From: Candidatus Latescibacterota bacterium
GTDB lineage: Bacteria; Latescibacterota; CBDEFO01
Length of the DNA: 64,000 nt
Direction of reading: 5' to 3'
NCBI GenBank assembly: GCA_965237525.1
Contig: CBDEFO010000008.1
Coordinates: forward strand, 1,856,001 to 1,920,000
Shown here piece after piece: positions 1 through 13,421 of this stretch. The notes under the pieces are model-generated. The model did not search any database. It saw only the letters and a list, made by a program, of their open reading frames with translations, and was not told the DNA's origin. The translations under genes were made by a program, and so were the position numbers. Within the stretch, counting starts at the first letter, position 1, and every line of letters starts with the position of its first letter.

Positions 1-215
1 TCAGCGGATTCATCCCCGTCCATCTACCCTACGACCCATGCGTCTTGGGGCTCACCCGCTAAGAGGCGAACAATGTTCAGGCTGTGACAGCCGCCTCCCG
101 ATATTTGGTTGGTCATATGATAATTGCTAGTGGTCAGATTCTTTCCGAATTTCCCATCATCTATCATTTCCCTTGCCTTCCACATGTAAGGAAGATGCTC
201 ACACAGCTTCTCCAA
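1..215 (-). pseudogene. Fragment of a Gfo/Idh/MocA-like oxidoreductase
   Basis: Short ORF with GGGCHSLNIVRLLAGEP, resembling the C-terminal domain of this family; no NAD-binding N-terminus visible. Confidence 0.35.
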
Positions 216-342
216 GTCAGTACATTACTGGTCAAAATTATGTTGACTTGTGCACGATCTTAGGGTAATTTGAATCCTTGCGCGGCACAGCTCATCTCTA
301 TGTTTTAGTAGGCAGGAATTCGGTTATGATGCCTAAAAAGGT

Positions 343-726
343 ATGATGCCTAAAAGGACAGATAAAGACATGGGACGTTTCTTTCTGAGGATCCTCCTCG
401 TTCTACTTGCGGTGAACGCTGGTTGCTCAAAGGGTGAGGATGGACGAGCAGGAGAGCACATCGGCGAAGAGGAGCTTGCCGACATAATCGTGGACATGGC
501 GAAAGCTAAAGACGAATATCGCTCAGATGAGGAGGCTCTCACAAAGAGAGAAGAAGCTCTCAAAAAGAGACTGGAGGCTATACTAAGGGAACGAAGTATT
601 TCTTGGGCTGACATAGAAAAGATCATGGGGGATTTGAGGAAGGATCCTAAAAGATGGGAAAGGGTCCTGACAACTGTCCAGACAAAATTGCAGATGGAGT
701 CTAAAACAGTGAACAGCAAACAGTAG
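343..726 (+). CDS. Small lipoprotein (DUF4296-like)
   Basis: Signal peptide with lipobox-like NAGC; helical acidic/basic body; promoter-like TTGACT-17-TAATTT at 243-271. Confidence 0.55.
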   Translation: MMPKRTDKDMGRFFLRILLVLLAVNAGCSKGEDGRAGEHIGEEELADIIVDMAKAKDEYRSDEEALTKREEALKKRLEAILRERSISWADIEKIMGDLRKDPKRWERVLTTVQTKLQMESKTVNSKQ

Positions 727-939
727 ACAGTAGACGGCGAAAGGCAATTGCAAGTAGATAGCATACGGAAGAGGTGTCAGACAAACGTATTGGCCTCAAG
801 ATTACGTGCCATAGTTTTTCTCTTGCTCTAAGTAGAGGCATCGGATATATTAGTTATAAGGTTTGGCTGGGGACAAAGTTCAAAGATCGCGAGCTGAATT
901 CCTTCGAGATAAGCTGCAAAATTAAGAAAGTTTTGAGAG

Positions 940-1690
940 GGGACTACTGGGGCTGAAGAAAGAGAAACTCGTCATTTAAATATCGGCGCCACCGAGCGCG
1001 TCCGCCGATATAAGGAATTTTACGGAGGCTGTGTCTCAGACGCGCTTTCACGCTGTGGCGTGCCGGATACTGTGCTGTCACCGAAGTTTTATGCGTTGCG
1101 AGAGGACATGATCCTTGCGGGCGAGGCTCTAACCGTCAAGCTCCATTCCCACCTTGGAGAGATCATGACGGGTGAGGAGAAGAAGGCTCGCGATGAGGAG
1201 TGGGGACGGATCGGTTCACCCCAAAAACGTATGATGAGGTCGGTCTATGCGGGCGCTGTCATCTGCTTCGACACCGGTAGCGACTTTCAGCTAGCGCACT
1301 TTGGAGAGATGAGTTGCATGCTGGCCCAGGCACACGGTTGTACAGGGATGCTAATTGTCGGCAACATCCGGGATACTCGATACGTTTTGAAGATGGAGGA
1401 TTTTCCTGTATATACTAATGGGCACGCGGCCAAACGCCTTTGGCGGGTGGGGGGTTACGCACATCCAGCAGCCGATATTTCTCCCCGGGCACCTTACGCA
1501 CTACGTCCGGGTGAATCCCGGAGATTTCATCTTTGGGGACACAGACGGTGTCCAGATCATCCCTGTGGAGTTCACAGATGAGGTTATGCTGATCTGCGAG
1601 GAAATAGTTGAAAAGGAGAATGAGGAGCGCCGCCTCATCAGGGAAGGTATGCCCATAGATGAGGTGTATGTCCCCTATGGAGACCTATAG
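940..1690 (+). pseudogene. RraA / HMG-aldolase family protein, frameshifted near 1418
   Basis: YGGCVSDAL upstream in frame, then AHFGEM, GNIRD; VNPGDFIFGDTDGV continues in another frame after an extra A in actaatg; no clean start codon. Confidence 0.75.
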
Positions 1691-1692
1691 GG

Positions 1693-2397
1693 GTGCATGC
1701 CAAGTTCTCTGTGAAAGGAAGTGCAATCGTGGTTCTTATCTTGGTAGCTATTCTAACAATGGCAAGCTCTCAAGATACTTGGGGGCAACTGGCCGAGCCG
1801 TCGGCTAAGTTCACTATAGCTCGGTTGAAATACGAGGGCGGAGGGGATTGGTACAACGATCCTGATATAATTGGGAATCTCTTGAGATTCATCGGAGAAA
1901 ATACGAACATCAAAACGGTAAACGATGAGGCGAGGGTCGAGATAGGGGACGAAGAGTTCTTTTCCTATCCGTTCCTGTTTATGACAGGGCACGGGAATAT
2001 ACTTCTGACACAGGAGGAGATACCGAGGCTCAGGGAATATCTGGAAAGAGGGGGATTCTTATATGCGGACGATGACTACGGGATGGATGAGTCGTTTCGA
2101 AGGGAGATAAAACGTGCACTCCCGGATAAGGAGCTTGTAGAGCTTCCGCCGTCATACGGACTCTTTGAATGTCACTTCAGCTTTCCGGGGGGACTGCCTA
2201 AAATACACGAACATGACGGAAAGCGTCCCCAGGCGTTCGGAATATTTCATGAAGACAGGTTAGTTGTTCTCTACACTTACGAGACGAACATCAGCGACGG
2301 ATGGGCGTCTCCTGATGTACACAAAGATTCTGAAGCAAAGCGGAACGCGGCTTTGAAAATGGGAACTAATATAGTAGTATGGGCGCTCACACATTAA
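1693..2397 (+). CDS. DUF4159 domain secreted protein
   Basis: Signal peptide; ARLKYEGGGDWY, YPFLFMTGHG, GGFLYADD, PKIHEHDG, DGW motifs. Confidence 0.85.
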   Translation: MHAKFSVKGSAIVVLILVAILTMASSQDTWGQLAEPSAKFTIARLKYEGGGDWYNDPDIIGNLLRFIGENTNIKTVNDEARVEIGDEEFFSYPFLFMTGHGNILLTQEEIPRLREYLERGGFLYADDDYGMDESFRREIKRALPDKELVELPPSYGLFECHFSFPGGLPKIHEHDGKRPQAFGIFHEDRLVVLYTYETNISDGWASPDVHKDSEAKRNAALKMGTNIVVWALTH

Positions 2398-2440
2398 AGA
2401 ATGTAGATAGTAGCCAGGGGCACCGCCTCTCCTCCTTGAG

Positions 2441-3440
2441 ATTGCTTTGGGCGAATGCCCCTCGCAATGACCGAAGGACATATTGCTTCGGGCGAGTGTC
2501 CCTTGCAATGACCGAAGGACATATTGCTTCGGGCGAGTGTCCCTTGCAATGACCGAAGGACATATTGCTTCGGGCGAGTGTCCCTTGCAATGACCGAAGG
2601 ACATATTGCTTCGGGCGAGTGTCCCTTGCAATGACCGAAGGACATATTGCTTCGGGCGAGTGTCCCTTGCAATGACCGAAGGACATATTGCTTCGGGCGA
2701 GTGTCCCTTGCAATGACCGAAGGACATATTGCTTCGGGCGAGTGTCCCTTGCAATGACCGAAGGACATATTGCTTCGGGCGAGTGTCCCTTGCAATGACC
2801 GAAGGACATATTGCTTCGGGCGAGTGTCCCTTGCAATGACCGAAGGACATATTGCTTCGGGCGAGTGTCCCTTGCAATGACCGAAGGACATATTGCTTCG
2901 GGCGAGTGTCCCTTGCAATGACCGAAGGACATATTGCTTCGGGCGAGTGTCCCTTGCAATGACCGAAGGACATATTGCTTCGGGCGAGTGTCCCTTGCAA
3001 TGACCGAAGGACATATTGCTTCGGGCGAGTGTCCCTTGCAATGACCGAAGGACATATTGCTTCGGGCTCCCTTGCAATGACCGAAGGACATATTGCTTCG
3101 GGCGAGTGTCCCTTGCAATGACCGAAGGACATATTGCTTCGGGCGAGTGTCCCTTGCAATGACCGAAGGACATAATGTCATTAGCGAGCGCCCCCGATTG
3201 AATCTATCGGGGGGAAGCAATCTCGTAGACAGTGTAGTCAAGAAGGAGCAGAGTGTCCCTTGCAATGACCGAAGGACATATTGCTTCGGGCGAGTGTCCC
3301 TTGCAATGACCGAAGGACATATTGCTTCGGGCGAGTGTCCCTTGCAATGACCGAAGGACATAATGTCATTAGCGAGCGCCCCCGATTGAATCTATCGGGG
3401 GGAAGCAATCTCGTAGACAGTGTAGTCAAGAAGGAGCAGA
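2441..3440. repeat. Tandem array of about 21 copies of a 41-bp REP-like unit (GAGTGTCCCTTGCAATGACCGAAGGACATATTGCTTCGGGC)
   Basis: Near-identical units without spacers; one shortened unit near 3065; a terminal block repeated at 3174 and 3362. Confidence 0.95.
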
Positions 3441-3478
3441 GGGAATCCATGTATGCTGTCTACTAATATAGGGGATCC

Positions 3479-6253
3479 ATGATGTCCTTCAAGCATCTTT
3501 TATTCTTTTTCCTTTCTCTTTTGCTTGCGGGCAATACGCAGGCACAGACTCAGCTCACTTTAGATCGCGACCGGCTTGAAGTCATAGAGGAACAGACGGA
3601 GTCACTTGCGAACCGCCTTCTGGAACTGTCCATAGCGACTCGCCAAAAAGATCTCGATCAGATCGCAGATTTCTTTGCAGATTCGTTATTAGCGATCCCC
3701 CTTCCGACCGAACCCGAGGATCTTGTGCATCAAGTCAAGTGGATCTACAAGCACGGCTGGAAGATTCAAAAGGAGGCTTTGAGGTTGTCTTTGAGCGCTT
3801 TTTTGAAGGATTGGGGGGTGTTTTTGAACCACTTCTCTGAGATTGATGACGCTCGATTCAAGGTCAAGAAGGCTACGTTTGACGACAGGGGCGCTCAGGC
3901 CAACGTCTATTTCTATCTGGTCGGCAGGGACGCTGAGGGCCTGAGAGAGTGGGCAAGGGGATATGCCTCTGTACATGCTCAGGCTTCGGAGGAGGGCAAC
4001 TGGAAAATCAGCCAGTTCGTACTCGAGAGTCTTGAATCCCTGGTGTCCACCATTGAGCTCTTTTCCGAAGTGGGTGGTCCGGCAGGTGTTGCGGCCTTCT
4101 TCCCGGTCTATGGATCGAGCCAAAACCGGGGTTTCGTCTGGCACGGGGCAGCGGCAGCGGACGTGGACCTGGATGGGTTGATGGACATCTTTGCGACCGG
4201 TATCTTCGAGAACTATCTCTATTTAAACGAGGGCAACGGGCGCTTCCGCGACGCTTCTGCTCAAACGCAGACCAAGATTTTGCCCAAAGCCACGACCCCG
4301 CTCTTTTTGGATTATGACAACGATGGGGATCAGGACCTGTTCCTCTCCTCGCCACAAAATCAGATGTTGCTTGAAAACCGGCTCATACCGGAAGGGAAGC
4401 TCGAATTTTTCGACGTGTCGTTGCAGTCGGGGATCGGGCTTGTTCCGGCAATAGGGTTCAGCGCCATCGCCGGTGACGTCAATGGGGACGGTCGGCCGGA
4501 CATCTACGTTTCGTCTTACAACAGGTACGGTCAGGTGATGCCGAATTCGTGGCATCGCGCCACCAACGGGACTCCAAATCTGTTGTTCATAAATAAGGGC
4601 AACGGCGAATTTGTGGAGTCCGCAAAGGAATGGGGTGTAGATGACGGCCGTTGGAGTTACGCCGCTGGATTTGTGGATATAGACGAAGACGGGGATATGG
4701 ACATCTACGTTGCCAACGATTTCGGCGAAAATGGTCTCTACTTAAACCACGGTGATCGCTTTGTCGATGTGGCGGTTTCTTGGGGAGTGCTGGACCCAGG
4801 AAACGGCATGGGGGTCTCTTTCGGTGACTACGACAACGATGGGGATCAGGACCTCCACGTGACCAATATGTCCTCGACGGCGGGAAATCGGATTCTCGGG
4901 AGACTCTTTCCCAGTGTGAGCCGGGAGACTGGCGTCCTGGTTAAGCTGGCTTCGGGAAACAGCCTCTATGAAAATCTGGGGAACGGCCAGTTCAAGGACG
5001 TTACATCGGCTGTTGGGGGCTTTTCATCGGGCTGGGCGTGGGGCGGTGGATTCATCGACTTCGACAACGACGGCTGGGAGGACATCTACACCCCCAACGG
5101 GTTCATTTCGGGAAAGTCAATGAAGGATACGTGAAGTCTCTTCTGGCGCCACGTGGTGGCGTCTAAGGCAGGAGTCGAGCAGGCGGGCAGCAACACTTTC
5201 ACAGAGCGGCAAAACAAATTGTTCGGACAGGGGTTTTCGTTCAGCGGCTTCGAGAGAGATGCACTCTACCTCAACCTGGGCAGCAAGAAATACTTGAATA
5301 TCTCCGGTGTCTCAGGTATAGATTCGATTACTGATGGAAGGGGAGCTGTCTTCGCCGATTTCGACAACGATGGCGACACAGACATCTTTTTGACCACTAT
5401 CCAGGGAGAGGCTCACCTGCTCTTTAGAAATAATCTTTCCGAAGATGACTCCTTCATTCGTGTCACCTTGGAGGGCGTAGAGAGCGGGAAAGACGCCTTC
5501 GGAACCCTGGTGAGAGTCAAGACCTCCGCCGGCGTCCTCACCAAAGTCAAATCGGGAGGGGCCGGATACCTCTCCCAGAGCGACCCGCGACTTACCTTCG
5601 GTCTCGGCTCAGATGCGAAAGCCGAGTGGGTCGAGGTTGTGTGGGGTTCGGGCCTGGTGCAGAAATTTGAGAATATCCCACAAGGCTCTTCCATGAAGAT
5701 TACCGAAGGAGATGAGCAGGTGCGATGGATTGAGGAGAAACGATTCCAGCTGCCCGAGCCTATCAGGCCACAGGAGACCCGCCTGATGTCCTTGAGGATC
5801 AAAAAGGGGGGACAGTTTCCGAATCTTGCGCTGTCTTTATTGGACGGCGAAAGGACTTCCCTGCAAAGTTCTTCGATACTTTTGGGTGATCCCATACCGG
5901 GACGAAAATACCTTGTGAATCTGTGGGCAACGTGGTGCCTGCCATGCGCCAAAGAGATGCCGGAGTTGCAAAAACTCTATGCTCGCAACATCGATAATCT
6001 TGAGATTATGGGTATCAGCCTGGACCACGAACCGGCACAAGACAAGGTCAAGAGCTTTTTGAGCGATCACGGTATCCAATACCCGATCTATTTAAGCGAT
6101 GAGAACATAATCGAGCAAATCTATGCCACAGACGAGGTCTTCATTCCCCTATCTTTTCTGCTTGACGAGAGCGGCAAAGTAATGGAGATCTTCTCCGGAT
6201 GGTCTGAGGAGGTCAGGGAGAGATTGATTGAACAAGTAGACAGCAAACAGTAG
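3479..6253 (+). CDS. Secreted FG-GAP/CRTAC1-like propeller + ASPIC/UnbV + TlpA thioredoxin protein, with in-frame TGA at 5132-5134 (putative selenocysteine)
   Basis: ORFs 3479-5134 and 5153-6253 share a frame; DxDxDG repeats on both sides of the TGA; GYLSQSDPRLTFGLG UnbV motif; WATWCLPC. Confidence 0.8.
5135..5168 (+). promoter_or_regulatory. Putative bacterial SECIS hairpin
   Basis: GGCGCCAC-GTG-GTGGCGTC stem-loop starting 11 nt after the UGA, with G first in the apical loop. Confidence 0.65.
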
Positions 6254-6280
6254 ACAGGGGCACCCATCTCCCCTCCCTAT

Positions 6281-9200
6281 GTGCTGTTTATTGAGGTAGG
6301 TAGGTATACCCTGTATCCTGTCTACTGTTTTGAGGTGTCGGCAATGTCAGATTCGGCGGAAAAGACATATCGGGAGCTTTTGGAGAGGCTCAGGAGGTTA
6401 AGAATCAGGGAGATGAGTCTCGGGGCCTCCTTCGGGACAGCTTTGTGTCTTCTGGTTGGCCTTTGCATCGGGTCGCTCTGGATGGCCGTAGAGATCTTGT
6501 TCTATCTGCATCCAGTGGCAAAGATGCTTATGCTGTCTCTTACTGCCGCGACTGCGGGCTCTGCCTTTGTGTACTTCTCCATCTTCCACGCCTTCAGGAA
6601 GAAGTCGCCGCAGGACATGGCTCTGAAGGTGGAATCTGTGTTCCCGGAGTTCAAGCAGACCTTGATAGGTGCACTTCAACTCTGGGACAAAAAGATGGAG
6701 AATCCAGAGGGCTATTCACTGGATATGATCGACCGGACTGTGATAAAGGCGGGAGACTTATCAAAGGATGTGGAATTTGAGAGCATCGCAAGTGCCGCAA
6801 AGATAAGGAAGACAGTTGTGATCCTATCTGCGCTCATGGGTTTGGTCGCCCTCTTTGTATTTCTGTTTCCGTCTCAGTTTAAGGGAGCGCTGTACAGGAC
6901 TTTTCACATCACCACCGCCTTTGCAAAGCCTCCAGAGACGTTTCTGCACGTGGAACCCGGAGATATGGAGGTTGTGAAGGGTGCGGACGCCTCTATACTC
7001 ATACAGTTGGAAGGGAAACTTCCCGACCAGATCAGCGTGCTCTCCAAAGAGCCCCTGGCAAAGAGATGGAAAGAGGCAGACGTAGAGATTTCGATGGCGG
7101 ATAGCTTCTTCCAGTTGCAGCTGAAGCTCGGCTTTGTCTATGCTTTTAAGGAAGTAAGCCGGACTATCGACTACTATGTCAAAGCCGGCGACGGAAAGAG
7201 TCATAGTTTTCGAATCAATGTGATCGACCGTCCGATGGTCAACAAGATCACGGCGCAATACGAGTATCCCGCATATACGGGTCTTCCCGCCAAAGTGGCA
7301 GAGGGTGGGGATCTATCGGCACTTATCGGGACTGAAGTTGAGCTTTCTATCTGGGCGAGCAAACCCTTAAGGGGGGCCTTCCTGATCTTGGGAGATGGAA
7401 CAAAGATCAAGGCTACCCTGGAAAACAGGACCGCGAGACTGGGCTTCGAGATAAAAAAGGACGACACTTATCACATTCGGTTGTTGGATTTGGAGGGTCT
7501 TGAAAACTCTGAGCCCATAGAATACAGTATATACGCCCTGAAGGACGAATCGCCCGTAGTCAGAGTCGCCTATCCAGGGAGCGATACTGACCTTGGAGAT
7601 AATATGGTACAGCCGCTTACAATAGAGGCGTCCGACGACTTCGGGATATCGAAGATGAATATCATCTGGAGACTGAACGAGGATCCGAGGCTAAGACGTC
7701 GGGAAGTACCTCTGCTCTCTGGAGGAAGGAAAGAGGTTAAAGAAGACTATCTGTGGGATCTATCGGATATGAATCTGCTGCCTGAAGATAGGATATACTA
7801 CCGCGTTGAGGTCTATGACAACGATGAAGTCTCAGGGCCCAAAAGAGCCCAAAGCGAAGAGTTTGTCGTGAGACTTCCCTCTGTCCATGAGATATTGGAG
7901 GAGGTCGAAAGGACGCAGGAAGAGCAGACAATGCAGATGGAGGGGATAGCAAAGGAAAGCCGTGCGATCAAGGAGAAGTTAGAGGAGATAAAACGTGAGC
8001 TTTTGAAGGGTGTGCAGTTAGATTGGGAGGAAAGGAAGGATATCGAGTCTCTTGTGAATAGACAGATGAGAATGGCTGAGGAGATGAACAAGCTTTCCGA
8101 GAAGATGGACGAAGTGACGGAGCAATTAGAAAAGAGCGGGTTATCTGCGGCGGAGACTCTGCAGAAGATGGCTCAAATAAGGAAGCTTATGTCGGATGTA
8201 GCGACCCCTGAACTAATAGAGGCTATGGAGAATTTGAGGGAGTCTCTGAAAGACCTGGATCAACGGCAGATAGAGCAGGCCATGAAGGATTTTTCGATTA
8301 CACAGGAGGAATTTGGCAGGAGGCTCGACCGCACTATCGCTATCTTGAAGAGACTTCAGGTGGAGCAGAAGATAGATGCCGCTATCAAGGCTGCAGAGGA
8401 GCTGACAGAAAGACAGGAAGGGATAAACGAGCAGATCAAAGATAACAAAAAAGAAGAGTTGGCAAAGGAGGAGGAAGCGATATCCCAAGATACGCAAAAG
8501 CTCCAGAAGGACATAGAAGATCTGGCGGATGCCATAAGGGAAATCTCCGAGCAAAGTCAGGTCGCAAGTTTGGCTGATTCGATTTCTAAAGGGATGGCAA
8601 GGCAGAAAATACCCTCTCATATGCTCCAGATGGCAGAGTCTTTAAGGTCGAGTGATGGCAAGTCGGCTGAATTGCAGGGAGAAAGGATAGTTCAAAACCT
8701 GGAGGATCTATCCTTTGGCCTAAGAAAAATGCAGGAGTCCTTTCTGAAAAGCCAGAAAGCCGAGCTTTTCAGCGAGATCAGGAAGTCCATGCGGGACCTT
8801 CTGTATCTATCTTATCGTCAGGAGGACGTGATTGCAGACGGCAAAGATAGCAGGGATTACGCCAAAGATACAAAGATACAGCGAGAGCTTGCAGAGGTTC
8901 AGCAGTCCCTCTTTTCGGGGACTTCCAAAATCGCTGACAGGCTCTTTGAAACATCTCAAAAGACGTTCTTCATCACCCCTTCTATAGGAAGAGCTTTAGG
9001 AGAATCTCTGGAAAGGATGAAAGAGGCCACCTCCTTGCTTGAAAGAGGAAACGGAAGATTGGCGTCGAGCCATCAAAGGAAGGCCATGTCCTCCTTAAAT
9101 GAGACGGTTAATCTCCTCAGAGGGGCTATGGGGGACATATCGTCGTCTGAATCGGGAACGGGGTTTCAGGAGATGTTAGAGCAGATGAAGGCGTTGTCGC

Positions 9201-9736
9201 AACAACAGCAGGGCGTAAACCAGGGGACAGAGAGCCTGTTCGGTGGGGGACAGATGGGACTTTCTCCAGAGCAGCAAGCGGCCAACAATGCTACCATGAT
9301 GGCTCAACTTCTGGCGCAGCAGGAGGATATAAGAAGGGCAATCGAGGGACTTCAAAGGGCGATGGAGCAGAAAAGGGGTCTCCTGGGAAGACTCGACAAA
9401 ATAGGCACGGAGATCGAGGAGGTCACCAGAGACCTTGCAAGCGGAAGGATAAGCAGAAGGACCATCGAAAGGCAAAGAGACATACTCTCCAGGATGCTGG
9501 ACGCCCAAAGGTCGATATACGAGAGGAGCTACAGCAGGAAGAGACAATCTAAAGAAGGAAAGGACACAGATTATCAGGGCTCTGGCAGTCTGCCGGAGGA
9601 TCTGGGACAGAGGAGAAATCTTTTGAGAGAATATCTCCTCAAGGCCTTAAAGGAGGGCTATTCTCAAGAGTATATCAATTTAATACGAAAGTATTTTGAG
9701 TCACTATCTATAGATCAAGTAGACAGTATACAGTAG
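6281..9736 (+). CDS. DUF4175 family membrane protein with long coiled coil
   Basis: N-terminal TM helices, Ig-like beta segments (ASDDFGIS, YRVEVYDND), long Q/E-rich coiled coil, YFESL C-terminus; true start may be ATG 6344. Confidence 0.8.
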   Translation: MLFIEVGRYTLYPVYCFEVSAMSDSAEKTYRELLERLRRLRIREMSLGASFGTALCLLVGLCIGSLWMAVEILFYLHPVAKMLMLSLTAATAGSAFVYFSIFHAFRKKSPQDMALKVESVFPEFKQTLIGALQLWDKKMENPEGYSLDMIDRTVIKAGDLSKDVEFESIASAAKIRKTVVILSALMGLVALFVFLFPSQFKGALYRTFHITTAFAKPPETFLHVEPGDMEVVKGADASILIQLEGKLPDQISVLSKEPLAKRWKEADVEISMADSFFQLQLKLGFVYAFKEVSRTIDYYVKAGDGKSHSFRINVIDRPMVNKITAQYEYPAYTGLPAKVAEGGDLSALIGTEVELSIWASKPLRGAFLILGDGTKIKATLENRTARLGFEIKKDDTYHIRLLDLEGLENSEPIEYSIYALKDESPVVRVAYPGSDTDLGDNMVQPLTIEASDDFGISKMNIIWRLNEDPRLRRREVPLLSGGRKEVKEDYLWDLSDMNLLPEDRIYYRVEVYDNDEVSGPKRAQSEEFVVRLPSVHEILEEVERTQEEQTMQMEGIAKESRAIKEKLEEIKRELLKGVQLDWEERKDIESLVNRQMRMAEEMNKLSEKMDEVTEQLEKSGLSAAETLQKMAQIRKLMSDVATPELIEAMENLRESLKDLDQRQIEQAMKDFSITQEEFGRRLDRTIAILKRLQVEQKIDAAIKAAEELTERQEGINEQIKDNKKEELAKEEEAISQDTQKLQKDIEDLADAIREISEQSQVASLADSISKGMARQKIPSHMLQMAESLRSSDGKSAELQGERIVQNLEDLSFGLRKMQESFLKSQKAELFSEIRKSMRDLLYLSYRQEDVIADGKDSRDYAKDTKIQRELAEVQQSLFSGTSKIADRLFETSQKTFFITPSIGRALGESLERMKEATSLLERGNGRLASSHQRKAMSSLNETVNLLRGAMGDISSSESGTGFQEMLEQMKALSQQQQGVNQGTESLFGGGQMGLSPEQQAANNATMMAQLLAQQEDIRRAIEGLQRAMEQKRGLLGRLDKIGTEIEEVTRDLASGRISRRTIERQRDILSRMLDAQRSIYERSYSRKRQSKEGKDTDYQGSGSLPEDLGQRRNLLREYLLKALKEGYSQEYINLIRKYFESLSIDQVDSIQ

Positions 9737-9926
9737 ACAGGGCAACCCTGCCCTTCCCTGTTTACGAGATTGCTTGGCTTCGACCCTTAGTCATTGCGAG
9801 GGGCCAAACCCCGACCCCGTCAGGAGTTGCGAAGCAGAACTAACTCAAAGGTTGGGAGGTGGTGCCCCCTATCCACTACCTACTTAAAACTGATGTTTCC
9901 GGCGTTTTGACGTTTTTCCAAGGTGT

Positions 9927-11762
<1,836 letters not shown>

Positions 11763-11859
11763 TAGATAAGTAGATAGTAGGTAGGGGTATATCCTCTTCT
11801 CCCTGTCTGCTCTCTATTTGTTTGGGACAAAAGATTTTGTTTAGGACAAAAAATATAGT

Positions 11860-13206
11860 GTGGGAAAGAGGGTATACGCCTTGAAAAGAAAATCAGAAAC
11901 ACCAGTATCAAGTAGGCAGTATCAACTACGTAGGGGGTACCTCCTGCCTGTCTACTGTCTACTGTCTACTGTCTACTTGTTTATGGCTTCAGAGGTCTGG
12001 GCTCAAAAGATGCTGATATACATGGATCTGAATCAGACCGATCATCTCAAGGCGTATGGTGTCGCGTACCGGGCTTTAGAGCAGGGGATAGATGTGGAGT
12101 GGCTGTTGAACTACCGGGGAGGATCATTTATGATAGACAGTGTATATGAGTTGATAGCAGAGGCGAGGATAAGAGGGGTCTCCTTTTCTATGATAGGCGG
12201 AGCCGAAGCTGCCCTTGTATACGCTCAGATCGAAAGGGAGAACATGGACGTAGTGCACCTTACAAAGACTCCCAGAATAGCGGTCTATACTCCCCCCAAC
12301 ACTCAGCCCTGGGACGACGCTGTGACCCTGGCTCTCACCTACGCACAGATACCGTACGATAGGGTCTGGGACGCGGAGGTGCTTGCTGGAGAGCTTGAGA
12401 AATACGACTGGCTGCACCTTCACCACGAGGATTTTACAGGACAATATGGCAAGTTCTACAGCACGTACGGGAATCAGCCGTGGTACAGACAACAGCAGAT
12501 CCAATACGAGGCTGTGGCCCGCCGTCTGGGATTTAGCAAGGTCTCCGAGGAAAAAAAGACTGTGGCAGGGGCGATCAAAAATTACGTCATAAATGGAGGT
12601 TTCCTCTTTGCAATGTGCTCGGCGACAGATACGTTTGACATAGCTTTAGCCGCTCAAAATGCCGACATCGCCGTGGCTGTGTTCGACGGCGACCCGGCCG
12701 ATCCCAACGCCCAGGAGAAGCTCGACTACTCCAGGACGGTGGCGTTTGAGAACTTCAAATTAGAGATGAATCCCTTAGTATACGAGTTCTCGGATATAGA
12801 CACCACGCCCAAAAGGATGTCACAGATACGGGGCGCCGAGGCAGATTATTTCACTCTGTTTGAGTTTTCTGCCAAATACGATCCTGTCCCCACTATGCTG
12901 ACTCAAAATCACACACCTGTTGTGGACGGCTTTCTGGGACAGACTACCGCGTTTAGAAAGTCCCTCGTAAAGGATTCTGTCGTGATATTGGGGGAATCTG
13001 CAGCAACAGATGAGGCTAAATATATACACGGAAATGTGGGGAAAGGGACAGTTACTTTCTACGGGGGGCATGATCCGGAGGACTATCAGCACCTGGTCTA
13101 TGATCCGCCCACTCAGTTGTCCTTGCACAAGAATTCTCCCGGATACCGGTTGATCTTAAACAACGTACTCTTCCCGGCAGCCAAGAAGAAGGAGAGGAAG
13201 ACTTAA
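11860..13206 (+). CDS. Conserved FCB-type secreted protein (often labelled asparagine synthetase B family; function unknown)
   Basis: DHLKAYG, WLLNYRGGSF, PWDDAVTLAL, WLHLHHEDFTGQYGKFY, GGHDPEDY, SPGYRLILNNVLFPAA; start uncertain. Confidence 0.75.
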   Translation: MGKRVYALKRKSETPVSSRQYQLRRGYLLPVYCLLSTVYLFMASEVWAQKMLIYMDLNQTDHLKAYGVAYRALEQGIDVEWLLNYRGGSFMIDSVYELIAEARIRGVSFSMIGGAEAALVYAQIERENMDVVHLTKTPRIAVYTPPNTQPWDDAVTLALTYAQIPYDRVWDAEVLAGELEKYDWLHLHHEDFTGQYGKFYSTYGNQPWYRQQQIQYEAVARRLGFSKVSEEKKTVAGAIKNYVINGGFLFAMCSATDTFDIALAAQNADIAVAVFDGDPADPNAQEKLDYSRTVAFENFKLEMNPLVYEFSDIDTTPKRMSQIRGAEADYFTLFEFSAKYDPVPTMLTQNHTPVVDGFLGQTTAFRKSLVKDSVVILGESAATDEAKYIHGNVGKGTVTFYGGHDPEDYQHLVYDPPTQLSLHKNSPGYRLILNNVLFPAAKKKERKT

Positions 13207-13421
13207 GCCCAAAGTCCAAAGGAGCTATCGCTACGTTCAAAGGTCTGACACTTTCTACACCTCCCGTAAATTTATATGTTCTAATAGTTTCAGAAAGAAG
13301 GTGAAAGGTATGGCAAACAAGGGCAATGTGGTGAATGCTGTTGTTAGCGAAGCTGGAATCTCAAAAAAAGAGGCCGGGGCAGTAGTTAATGCTTTAATCA
13401 ATACTATTACTGATGCCTTAA

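Noticed and set aside
2441..3440. CRISPR or guide-RNA array
   Set aside because: Units abut with no unique spacers, and no cas or effector gene is nearby.
2260..3466. Long ORFs over the tandem array
   Set aside because: They are by-products of a stop-free 41-bp repeat; the same peptide appears in all three frames.
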